Notes under the pieces: generated by a model | Seen by the model: only the letters and a program-made list of their open reading frames with translations | What the model was told of the DNA's origin: nothing | The model's database searches: none | Origin: Nitrospirota bacterium | GTDB lineage: Bacteria; Nitrospirota; Nitrospiria; JACQBZ01 | Reading direction: 5' to 3' | Length of the DNA: 64,000 nucleotides | Assembly (NCBI GenBank): GCA_016201865.1 | Contig: JACQCA010000081.1 | Location: 9,546-73,545 of the forward strand | Position numbers and translations under genes: made by a program | Shown here: one piece after another, positions 52,562 through 61,273 of the stretch | How positions within the stretch are numbered: position 1 is the stretch's first letter | Layout of the letters: each line of letters begins with the position of its first letter

Positions 52562-54280
52562 TTACTTACGCTGTTGCTTGGCCGCATTCGCCTTGCGAAT
52601 AATCCAGCCCTCAAGCCCAAAGGCCAAGATCAGGGCCACGAAGGGATAGACATAGGCTTTTGTCGGAATCGGCGGCTCCAGGATCGTATAGTACCAGGTT
52701 GAAATGGATGATTTCAAACCATGGTCGCCGTTGTTGCCGTCCCATGCGAAGAAAACGGTCGGGATGTATTTGCCCATCTCAAACTGGACGTCGTTTTCTT
52801 TGTCGTTGGTGGTCATGGCCCTTGTCAGGATGACGCGCCACCGGCCGTCTTTATACTCGGAAAAAACGGCTTTTACGTCTTGATTTTGATGGGCCTCCAG
52901 TTTCAGATCACCCCCCATGGCACCATGACCGGTATATGCCTTAACCGTCCCGTCCGACTCCCACTTCCAAAGGTCAATGGCGCGTTTGGCATCGCCGAAG
53001 ACGAATCGCGGTTTTTCTGGCGGCGTTAACTCTTGCCACTTGGCCGGGAACTGAACACCGACGGCATCATTGAACATCGGATATTCCCTCGAAGCAATCG
53101 GCTTTCCGGCCGGCGGAGTTTCCTCAAAACTGGCCGCCTGCGCTAACGCTTCTGGAGAGGACGCACTCTTTATCCGATCGTCCCATTCAAAGGACCAGGC
53201 GATTTCTTTGCCGTTGAAAATGGATTTCACCCAAACCTCATCCACGAGACGGACAAAGTTCCTCGGTTTGTGAATGATCTGTCCGGCCAGCCCGATATAT
53301 TGAGAATCAATCTTCTGCCAAACCGCGTCATCAGGGTTGTTGGGAATATTCCCTTCAACGAAGTGTGCCTTCACCACGAACTGCAGAGCCGGATGAGCCG
53401 TCAGAGGATCGATCTTCCGCTTGGGACAAAGCGAGATCACAAAGTTGGCCACGTCCCAACGCTGTTCGGGCGTCAGCACATCGGCAAATGACGGCATCGG
53501 TGTGCCGTTCAGTCCCGTGGAAACCTCGCGAAAAACATTTTTGGGGTTGTAAGGATCTTCGCGGTTGCCGCGGAAGTTCCAGCATTTATGCAAGTCGGCC
53601 GGAAAGATCGGGAAACCCCATTCGTCTTTCTGTGTTTTGTTTCCATCCCCTCGTCCTTCATTGCCGTGGCATTCGACGCATTTCCCTTTATTCATAAAAA
53701 CTTCTTTTCCTCGTTTAATGCTTTCTTCAGAGGAAGCGACTTGTTTCCCGAAATCAATGACATGGAATTCTTCATTTTCCATGTCTTGGAAATTCCGCTC
53801 TTTTACAAGATTGGTCATGACAAACGAGACCACTTGGTGCCGTTGCTGATCGTTCAGAACTCCGTCCCAAGGCGGCATCGCAGATCCCGGCAAACCATGC
53901 GTCACCGTCAAAAAGAGATCGTTCTCCGTCGGAAGCTCTCCGCTGCCGGTGTGACGAATCTTGAATGTCCCCTGGTTAAAATTCCTGGGGCGAGGCCAGA
54001 GGCGATCCGCACCCGGGCCGTCTCCTGCACCTTCGGGGCCGTGACACCAAACGCATTTCTTAAAGTAAATCTGCTTTCCGGCATCGATGTCGGCGGGGGA
54101 AGGCTTTGCGGGCCGGCCGGCCGATGCAGCTGCAGCCGGCTTTTCCTCTTTCTTCGTTTCGGCCATGGTCAAGACCACAGTCCCGGTTGCAATGAATGCA
54201 AACGTGACGACACCCGTCATAACCGCTCTCGTCTTGCTAAAGCCTGATAAAAGCTTGTTCATCGCTTGCGCCCCTTTCAC
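52562..54280 (-). CDS. Membrane-anchored di-haem cytochrome c with a ~270-aa C-terminal domain and a C-terminal TM helix
   Basis: N-terminal TM, two CxxCH motifs (CVWCHG, CVECHG) and a C-terminal TM. Confidence 0.7.
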   Translation of the reverse strand: MKGAQAMNKLLSGFSKTRAVMTGVVTFAFIATGTVVLTMAETKKEEKPAAAASAGRPAKPSPADIDAGKQIYFKKCVWCHGPEGAGDGPGADRLWPRPRNFNQGTFKIRHTGSGELPTENDLFLTVTHGLPGSAMPPWDGVLNDQQRHQVVSFVMTNLVKERNFQDMENEEFHVIDFGKQVASSEESIKRGKEVFMNKGKCVECHGNEGRGDGNKTQKDEWGFPIFPADLHKCWNFRGNREDPYNPKNVFREVSTGLNGTPMPSFADVLTPEQRWDVANFVISLCPKRKIDPLTAHPALQFVVKAHFVEGNIPNNPDDAVWQKIDSQYIGLAGQIIHKPRNFVRLVDEVWVKSIFNGKEIAWSFEWDDRIKSASSPEALAQAASFEETPPAGKPIASREYPMFNDAVGVQFPAKWQELTPPEKPRFVFGDAKRAIDLWKWESDGTVKAYTGHGAMGGDLKLEAHQNQDVKAVFSEYKDGRWRVILTRAMTTNDKENDVQFEMGKYIPTVFFAWDGNNGDHGLKSSISTWYYTILEPPIPTKAYVYPFVALILAFGLEGWIIRKANAAKQQRK

Positions 54281-54292
54281 GTAAACGGATGA

Positions 54293-55207
54293 TTAATCCC
54301 ATGTCCTCGGGAAGAATTCGGTATGCCAGTATTCAAACATATTAACTTTCCAGATTTCGTCCGTGGTCAGATGCTCTTCCCACGGCGGCATCGCGGACGC
54401 CCATGGAAAACCTTCCCGTGGAAGCCCCGGCCCCCCCTTTGCAATTCTCCAGAAAACGAATGTCTCCTGGAGCTGGGCAATGGTTCCCGGATCGGAGAAG
54501 TTGGCCGGAATCGGGTTGAAGGCGAATGCAAACATACCGCGGCCGTTCAGGTTGTCGCCGTGGCAGAAGTGACAGTTCTGGAAGAAAATGGAACCGCCCT
54601 CCTTCACATACAGAAGGTACCCCTTCGCATCCGGCGCAAAGGGATTCTGCTTAAAATATTTATCCTCTTTGCCCACCGGCAGGTATTCACCCTTGTCGTC
54701 CACACGATAAGGGTTTCGAGCGGTCTGCAATGTAAAGTTCTGACCCCGCACCGTGGTGGATGCCGGCGGCGCCGGATGAACCGTCCTTAACTCGATCGGC
54801 TCGTCAAACTTGGGGACATTAAAATCATACGTCCCGTACCCAATTAGCAACGGGAGAACCACGAAGGAAACGCTCCGGACGCTTTTATAGACAGGGGTGA
54901 CGGCCATGACGGTATTTAGAATCGGCCGCTTAAATTCGGACCATCCCTTCTCCGTCGAAGAAATAAACAGGAAGATCACCAAGGTGACCAGTCCCATGTA
55001 GGTGTAGAGAAGCGCGGAGGGGATCGGCGGAGTCAGCACATACTTGAAGATCGACCAAGCTCCCAGCCAGATCAGGAGGGCCTGAGGAAAGGCAGGAATC
55101 CGCTTTCCTATTTTCTGTAAAACATAGTTGATGCCGATGTAAATAAACGTCGCGATCGTCAGGATAAGCAACAGTTCAATTGGCTTATAACCTTCAATCC
55201 ACATCAT
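54293..55207 (-). CDS. Polytopic membrane protein with a C-terminal mono-haem cytochrome c domain
   Basis: Four predicted TM helices, then CHFCHG. Confidence 0.7.
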   Translation of the reverse strand: MMWIEGYKPIELLLILTIATFIYIGINYVLQKIGKRIPAFPQALLIWLGAWSIFKYVLTPPIPSALLYTYMGLVTLVIFLFISSTEKGWSEFKRPILNTVMAVTPVYKSVRSVSFVVLPLLIGYGTYDFNVPKFDEPIELRTVHPAPPASTTVRGQNFTLQTARNPYRVDDKGEYLPVGKEDKYFKQNPFAPDAKGYLLYVKEGGSIFFQNCHFCHGDNLNGRGMFAFAFNPIPANFSDPGTIAQLQETFVFWRIAKGGPGLPREGFPWASAMPPWEEHLTTDEIWKVNMFEYWHTEFFPRTWD

Positions 55208-55281
55208 TCACCTCCAGAATAATCGAGATATTGAATCTCCGGTGATATTCCTTTAACTGATGGAACTTTCTTCAGCCAGGC

Positions 55282-56499
55282 TTACGGAGCCGAAACCGCC
55301 TTGGCAGCCCCGCCGCAAACCGTGGCAAAGTTCTCTTGAGGCGGGCCAGGCAGGTTGTCTTTCTTCGCCGTATCACAATTCTGCTGAAGCAGATAGTCGG
55401 CTATCTTCTCCAAACCTCCATAGGTAAACTTCGTGGCAAAATCCTGGATCATCGGAGAAATTAGAGGATTCGACTTCTGCGCGAATTGATGCACAATAAA
55501 CGCATTGGGATCCACGATGGATTCCATAACGTATTCTTTGGGTGTCTTGGCATGGGCCTTCCCGGCCTTCACACGCGCCTGATATTCCGCAGAAGCAATG
55601 CGCCTTGGAGCATTATAGCCCTCGATGAGCATTGGACCGATCGCGCCGAATTTTGCTAAGGCAATCCCTGGAATCTGATGGCATGCAAAGCAACCCATCT
55701 TTGCGACAATCTGATCCGGAGTGTCGGAGGCCAAGACGATCGGAGGACCGGGAGGAGCGGCGGCTTGAGTGCCAGGTACGGCGGCCTTTGGACGATCCGC
55801 TTCAGGAATAAACTTCTCATAGGCCGCACGGATCTCTTTTGGAGAAGGCGGCGTCTCCCCTTCCCGATACCACAGCCAAGTATCCACGGCAATCAGTTCT
55901 TCGATGCTTAAAGCAATCGGGGGTTTGTGAATGACCGGCATCGGGCTATCACGATCATTGGTCCCCTTAGTACCGAATCCTTCCACCACAAAACAGGCAG
56001 GACAAGCATGGGATTCGGCGATATATTCCTCAGCCGTCGTCGCACGACCGCTTCCCTTAAAAGATTCGGTCGAAACAAAATCCGCTTTGATATACTTGGG
56101 GTCTTTAATTCGCTCTGCCGCCCTTTTGCCAAGCCCAATCAGGTTCGGAGCGCGATCTCCGATATCACCTTTCTTGAAGGTATGGCAAAGAGGGCATTGA
56201 CCTTTTCCGATTCCGCGTTCCGCGAATCCACCGACCTTTCCGAAGATGATGGTTTCGCCCATCTCGGACAATTTATCTGTTGGCATCGTATCGATTGCAC
56301 CGATATCCATCTTGATAACAGGCGGCACTTCACCCCGGGTCTGAGGCAGCCAGTTTGAGTAACTGGCAAATATCCCGGTCATGACCATGTAGAAGCCGAT
56401 GGCCGTCAGGAGCCCTCGGACTCTGGGGAGATTGTACCCCAAGATGAAAAGCGCAATTGCAGAGAACAGAATGGTGACGGCTAAATACCCTTGAGTCAC
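55282..56499 (-). CDS. Membrane-anchored di-haem cytochrome c
   Basis: CPLCH and CFACH motifs. N-terminal TM pair. Confidence 0.7.
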   Translation of the reverse strand: MTQGYLAVTILFSAIALFILGYNLPRVRGLLTAIGFYMVMTGIFASYSNWLPQTRGEVPPVIKMDIGAIDTMPTDKLSEMGETIIFGKVGGFAERGIGKGQCPLCHTFKKGDIGDRAPNLIGLGKRAAERIKDPKYIKADFVSTESFKGSGRATTAEEYIAESHACPACFVVEGFGTKGTNDRDSPMPVIHKPPIALSIEELIAVDTWLWYREGETPPSPKEIRAAYEKFIPEADRPKAAVPGTQAAAPPGPPIVLASDTPDQIVAKMGCFACHQIPGIALAKFGAIGPMLIEGYNAPRRIASAEYQARVKAGKAHAKTPKEYVMESIVDPNAFIVHQFAQKSNPLISPMIQDFATKFTYGGLEKIADYLLQQNCDTAKKDNLPGPPQENFATVCGGAAKAVSAP

Positions 56500-56573
56500 G
56501 TTAGATCTCCTGTGGGCAAGATTTGGGGGCCGGGTTTAAAACCGGCCCCCAGGATTTGTAATGAGGTTGGCGA

Positions 56574-58496
56574 TTACTCCGAGCCGCCGGCCATAACGGG
56601 CCGCGCGGCCTCTTTCCTTGCCTCGGCTACTGCATGCTTGGAGGTCAATTCGCCTAACCAGAAAACAAACAACACGAACAACCAGAAGGCCATCACGTTC
56701 ATGGACATCACGTTCGCCGCAAAACCGATCGTATGCGTGAATGCCCACGGCGAGTTATCCCGGAAGACCTCCATCACGTGCCAGAACAGCCGCACGGAAG
56801 ACCGGATGTATCCCATTAGAGCCATCAACCACGTGAAAGAGACCGCGAGCGCGAACAGCGCATATTGCGAGCGCACCGATATTTTCCCCCACTCGATCAG
56901 ACCGGTCAGCTTGGAACCCCTCATCATCGCGATGTTGATGGCACTGCCAATGAACAATGTCGTCAGCGTCCCAACGACCTGGGGCACGGACAATCCCACA
57001 CGCACGTTGGCTGGGATGAAATATCCATAGATGGCCAGCCACCAGTTGTTCACCAGGGCCACGGCAAACATGGCCATCAAGGCCGCGTTGCCCCACGCCT
57101 CCCATTTCACCGTAATGATTTTGTTGCTGCGCTGATACAAAAGGAAGGAAATAATCGTGGTCATGATCATGGTGTTAACGGCCCCGTTCTTGGCCGACAT
57201 CACGCCGAAGTTTCCGATCACCGGATGCTGCTGCCCACCGATCGCTTTCAACTCCGCAGGACGCATCACCAAGGTATGCGGAGTCAACCAGACGAGGAAA
57301 GCGGCCGTAGTCAGGAAGAGGATATATTTAATGTATTTCTGATACTTCTCCGCTCCTCTCATTCTTTCCATCCCATTGAACAGATAGTAATTGGTCGAGA
57401 AGAAAAGCGCGCCGATCAGCACGGCCTGGATGATGAACAACCAGGCCAACAGACCGCCCATCAGGGTAATACCCATCTGCTGTCGGAAACCGTACACTTC
57501 ACGCATCAACCAGTAACCGGCAAATGGCAATGGAATTAACGAGCCCACCGCCATGAACATCGCGATGTACCCCATCCAGTCGTAGTACGCTTTTTCTTCC
57601 ATATTCCTGGCCGCAAGGAACTTATAGGCAGCATACGCCGCCACAATCCCGCCGCCGAAGACCATGTTTCCGATAATCCGATGGACGTTTAACGGATTCC
57701 ATAAAGCATTATGAAGAACCGCCCAGATGTTTCCCAAATACCGCCCCTTTTCATCCACACCGGCCGGAGACATCATGAAGCTGGCCCATGAATTGGCGAG
57801 CATCATCAAGACGGATCCGAAGACATTCAAAAGCACCCCCATGCAGGCATGCACCCATTTCGCAAAACCATGGGCCATGCGATCCCATCCGTAATAATAA
57901 AGATAGAGCGTTCCGCTCTCTGCCAAGAAGAGCAGAGCATAGATATGCATCACCGGCCTAAAAAGGGAGGAGATGTATTTAAAGAAATCGGGGTAGAGGG
58001 TGATAAACGAGAAAAGGAGCAACCCGCCCAGGATTGCGGTGACGGAATAGGCCGTAAGACTGATCTTGACCAAGAGATGTGCAAGATCATCGTACTTCTT
58101 GGACATCACCGGATCCTTGGTCAACAAACCGACCAACTCGATGATCATGCAAAAGATCGGAACGGCCAAGACAAAACTTCCAAAATAGAGATGCTGCTGC
58201 GCGATCGACCAGATCAGGATTCGGTTTTCACTTAATGGGTAAGGAAGGTTATAGCTGGGATAATCAGTGGCTTTCAGCTCAGGAACCGGCTGGCCGGAGA
58301 CGGGGCCCTCTGTCTTAAAGTAAATATCCTTCGCCATTTCGACTTTAGGCGCAGCCTCGGTTGCGGCCTTTGTCGCCTCATCGGCCATCACGGGGGATGA
58401 GAAGAACGGCATGACCAGCGACAGCAACAACGCCGTCGCCACAGCCCCTAATGAAAGCAGGGACCATACCCGCATCCTTTTACTTATCGCCTTCAT
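56574..58496 (-). CDS. Cytochrome bd-like (CydA-homologous) putative terminal oxidase subunit
   Basis: Polytopic, 640 aa. A conserved His in TM1 (QQHLYFGSFVLAVP) matches CydA His19. No cydB is adjacent. Confidence 0.7.
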   Translation of the reverse strand: MKAISKRMRVWSLLSLGAVATALLLSLVMPFFSSPVMADEATKAATEAAPKVEMAKDIYFKTEGPVSGQPVPELKATDYPSYNLPYPLSENRILIWSIAQQHLYFGSFVLAVPIFCMIIELVGLLTKDPVMSKKYDDLAHLLVKISLTAYSVTAILGGLLLFSFITLYPDFFKYISSLFRPVMHIYALLFLAESGTLYLYYYGWDRMAHGFAKWVHACMGVLLNVFGSVLMMLANSWASFMMSPAGVDEKGRYLGNIWAVLHNALWNPLNVHRIIGNMVFGGGIVAAYAAYKFLAARNMEEKAYYDWMGYIAMFMAVGSLIPLPFAGYWLMREVYGFRQQMGITLMGGLLAWLFIIQAVLIGALFFSTNYYLFNGMERMRGAEKYQKYIKYILFLTTAAFLVWLTPHTLVMRPAELKAIGGQQHPVIGNFGVMSAKNGAVNTMIMTTIISFLLYQRSNKIITVKWEAWGNAALMAMFAVALVNNWWLAIYGYFIPANVRVGLSVPQVVGTLTTLFIGSAINIAMMRGSKLTGLIEWGKISVRSQYALFALAVSFTWLMALMGYIRSSVRLFWHVMEVFRDNSPWAFTHTIGFAANVMSMNVMAFWLFVLFVFWLGELTSKHAVAEARKEAARPVMAGGSE

Positions 58497-58599
58497 GGCT
58501 TATCTCCCTATATTTTTAAAAAATTAAAAAACTTTACCCCGGCCACCTCTTTTAGAATCAAACCTAACAGCCCTGGCCCTATTAAAAGTGCCAGTATTA

Positions 58600-58650
58600 T
58601 CGAGTCCTATGTAGCACCATAGGATGCCTTTGTCAAGCAAAAAATAAAAA
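58600..58650 (-). promoter_or_regulatory. Sigma70-like promoter (copy 1) for the bd-like oxidase gene
   Basis: Minus strand reads ATTTTTTGCTTGACAAA (-35 TTGACA), a 17-nt spacer containing the inverted repeat CCTATGgtgctaCATAGG, then TACATA. Confidence 0.45.
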
Positions 58651-58667
58651 CCGCGCTTCACAAACCT

Positions 58668-58783
58668 TAATGAAACAGGAAAAAGTAATCAAGCCCCTGT
58701 ATTTTCATAAACAACCAATCCATAGTTTGAAAATAAAACACCCAAACCACGAGCATCACCACAAAAGCAATCACCGTTTTCAT
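58668..58783 (-). CDS. 38-aa single-TM peptide
   Basis: MKTVIAFVVMLVVWVFYFQTMDWLFMKIQGLDYFFLFH. SD AAGGTGG lies 6 nt upstream. Found manually; it is below the ORF-track size cutoff. Confidence 0.4.
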
Positions 58784-58856
58784 GACCCCCACCTTTCCCA
58801 ATGAGTGGCATGGACGCTTACCATTTCACCCGGTCGATGATAACCCGGTTTATCGA

Positions 58857-58955
58857 TCAGTGATAAAGCGCCCCGAACCAATAGAAGAACCAGATCGAAA
58901 CGACGCAGACGATGACATACAAAATCGGACCGACATTCTGACGGATTTTATCCAT
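58857..58955 (-). CDS. 32-aa single-TM peptide
   Basis: MDKIRQNVGPILYVIVCVVSIWFFYWFGALYH. A perfect SD AAGGAG lies 8 nt upstream, behind a strong promoter. Confidence 0.45.
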   Translation of the reverse strand: MDKIRQNVGPILYVIVCVVSIWFFYWFGALYH

Positions 58956-58984
58956 TGCCCTCTCCTTGTAACAGCCCCCGCCCA

Positions 58985-59035
58985 ACAAGTGGTGTGATTT
59001 TAGTGAATCAGAAAAAATTTGTCAAGCAAAAAATC
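58985..59035 (-). promoter_or_regulatory. Sigma70 promoter (copy 2), TTGACA-N17-TAAAAT
   Basis: Contains the same 17-mer ATTTTTTGCTTGACAAA as copy 1, then the -10 box TAAAAT. It drives the 32-aa peptide gene. Confidence 0.55.
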
Positions 59036-59100
59036 CGGGTTCCGATTCAACGGAATTTAAGCGCTGGATTCCCCTATTTTTACCCATTTTTCTATCGCCG

Positions 59101-60012
59101 TTACACGGGCTTCGCGCAGCGAAACCCAATAGTTACATCGCGATACTCAGGATACATTTTAAAACGGATCGACGTCTGGGCGCGCTTGATCGAATCGTTC
59201 CAGGAGGCTCCCCGAATCACCCGGCTCTCTCCATCCGGAACCCCAGCAGGATTGCTCGCCGGCAACAACCGGTAGGAATCCTGGTTATACCAATCCGCAA
59301 CCCATTCCATCACATTGCCGGCGAGATCATGAACTCCATAAGGACTGACGTCCCGCGCAAATTGCCCCACCGACGCTGTATAACGCGCGCCGTCGTCGCC
59401 CAATAGATTGGCATATTCAGATCGCTCCTCATTTCCCCATGGCCATTTCCGCCGGTCCGTTCCCCGGGCGGCCTTCTCCCATTCCGCCTCGGTCGGAAGC
59501 CGTTTTCCCTTCCATTGACAATAGTCAACCGCATCGTCCCAGGACACCCCGACAATCGGATTCAAAGGCTTGATGAAGAGCGGCAGGTCTTCCGTCACGC
59601 TGCTCGAGAGATATCCCGCCAGCCGAGGTTTCCGGTGTCCGGTCAAGCCGATGAAGGCATAGAACTGCGCAAATGTAACCTCATACTTATCGATATAAAA
59701 TCCGCCTAGGGAGACCCGGCGAACCGGCTTTTGATCATGCGACCCTTCGGGGCTTCCCATGGTAAATTCGCCCGCAGGGATAAAGACCATCGCTTCGAAT
59801 TCGTCATCCACCTTGACCTGTCGCACTTCCGCCTCGGCTTTCTTGGACTCTTCCGCGACCCTCTCCAGCTTTTTGGCCAAGGGGGTGTATCCCTTATCCG
59901 AGGTCTGCACCTCCACCGCGGGAGGTCCCGGTTCCTGGCGGATACCGACTTGGATGATGGCCAGAATGATGAAAACCAGCGACAGGTAAATGGCAATCAG
60001 ATATTTGCTCAT
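59101..60012 (-). CDS. Formylglycine-generating-enzyme (FGE-sulfatase) family protein, membrane-anchored
   Basis: N-terminal TM. WKGKRLPTEAEWEKAARG...WPWGNE...RGASWND. Confidence 0.8.
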   Translation of the reverse strand: MSKYLIAIYLSLVFIILAIIQVGIRQEPGPPAVEVQTSDKGYTPLAKKLERVAEESKKAEAEVRQVKVDDEFEAMVFIPAGEFTMGSPEGSHDQKPVRRVSLGGFYIDKYEVTFAQFYAFIGLTGHRKPRLAGYLSSSVTEDLPLFIKPLNPIVGVSWDDAVDYCQWKGKRLPTEAEWEKAARGTDRRKWPWGNEERSEYANLLGDDGARYTASVGQFARDVSPYGVHDLAGNVMEWVADWYNQDSYRLLPASNPAGVPDGESRVIRGASWNDSIKRAQTSIRFKMYPEYRDVTIGFRCAKPV

Positions 60013-60238
60013 GATGCGCCTTCGGTTCCAACGGCTTCACAAACCGAGCAGGGACTTGTATCCTTAGGACAACGACAGCGGCAAACGGTCTGCTGGGCCG
60101 AGAGAGAAGAAGCGTCGGGCACCCATAGAGACGGCCGGACGTTTCATGTTGACATGCACGCGGTATACGCAAACGGCTTCGAGAGTCGCAAGCCGCGCGC
60201 AAGGAAAGGGGCGGGTATTTGAACGACGCGGATTTCTC

Positions 60239-60445
60239 TCACCGTCGTCGGCCCGTCACCGCCGGTTTCGGCTCGCCGATACCGACCTCGCCGTTCGAAC
60301 CTGTGCGGGACGGCCATGCCGCCATCTCGGATTGTTTTTGACGGCTGACTCTTGACCGGTACAACATCTGACCGATAAAGAGACCGGCCATGAACACGGC
60401 CCCCGTATAGAACAGGATATAGACGGCGTAGAAAAAATGTTTCAA
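60239..60445 (-). CDS. Small membrane protein with a YTGAVF motif
   Basis: MKHFFYAVYILFYTGAVFMAGLFIGQ plus a basic tail. Confidence 0.5.
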   Translation of the reverse strand: MKHFFYAVYILFYTGAVFMAGLFIGQMLYRSRVSRQKQSEMAAWPSRTGSNGEVGIGEPKPAVTGRRR

Positions 60446-60509
60446 CGGTTCACCTCCTCAACGCCCACAGCCCCACTCCTTGCCGCTCTGAACAGGGAGC
60501 GGGACGGGA

Positions 60510-60797
60510 TCAACCTTTTCTCAAGGTTAGTTCATCCGATTCACGGAATTCCGTTATTTCACCGGACGCGACCGGGGGATCTCCATCGTCCGCAGAGCGG
60601 GATGCAAGACGCCTTTCCATCCTTTCCCCAAGGTACACACCGAGCATAAAAACCGCACCGGTATAGACCAAAACATAGAGGGCGTACAACTGCACGACCA
60701 GCATGCCGGCCAGAAAAACGGCCCCCGTATAGAGGGCGATGGAGAGCAGTGAAAAAGCACGACGCATCGTCAAACAACCTTTCTCGGCGCGTTGCAT
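60510..60797 (-). CDS. Small membrane protein with two YTGAVF repeats
   Basis: SIALYTGAVFLAGMLVVQLYALYVLVYTGAVFMLGVYLGE. Confidence 0.5.
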   Translation of the reverse strand: MQRAEKGCLTMRRAFSLLSIALYTGAVFLAGMLVVQLYALYVLVYTGAVFMLGVYLGERMERRLASRSADDGDPPVASGEITEFRESDELTLRKG

Positions 60798-60815
60798 GAA
60801 TCGTTCACCGGGTGA

Positions 60816-60935
60816 TTAAGCCCCTCGACGTTCCTCCCACGCGCGTTCGAGCTTCTCTCCAACATACATCCCTGCCGCAAACACAGCGGCGGTGTAGATA
60901 GAAACGGAAAGGGCGTAAAAAAAGAAATGGACCAT
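60816..60935 (-). CDS. 39-aa membrane peptide, YTAAVF variant
   Basis: MVHFFFYALSVSIYTAAVFAAGMYVGEKLERAWEERRGA. Found manually. Confidence 0.4.
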   Translation of the reverse strand: MVHFFFYALSVSIYTAAVFAAGMYVGEKLERAWEERRGA

Positions 60936-61273
60936 CTAAGACACCCCTGCCAGGCGGATTTATTATATAAAGTTCATCACGGACGTGTCAAGCCTAACAG
61001 CCGGACCGGGTTTTCGACCGTAGGAATCACGCAACAAAAACCGCTTGACTTCTTCAACGTTTTTGTTAGAATGGCGGACACGAAGGCGAAGCCATGGACA
61101 GCCCGGAACAGAGAAAGCGAAACACGCCCACCTTTGATTTCATCGTGCTGCTCGGCATGGTGGCCAATCTGATCCTGGCCGTCTTCCTGATTCTTTATTA
61201 TTTCGGTCTTTTCTAATCGACAGATCTTCACGCATTCTCCATCACGATTCCGCCATGTCTCCGCTGAACAACC

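Noticed and set aside
60013-60238. A possible additional mini-ORF or regulatory element between the FGE gene and the first YTGAVF peptide
   Set aside because: No convincing SD plus start combination and no hydrophobic reading frame were found on inspection.
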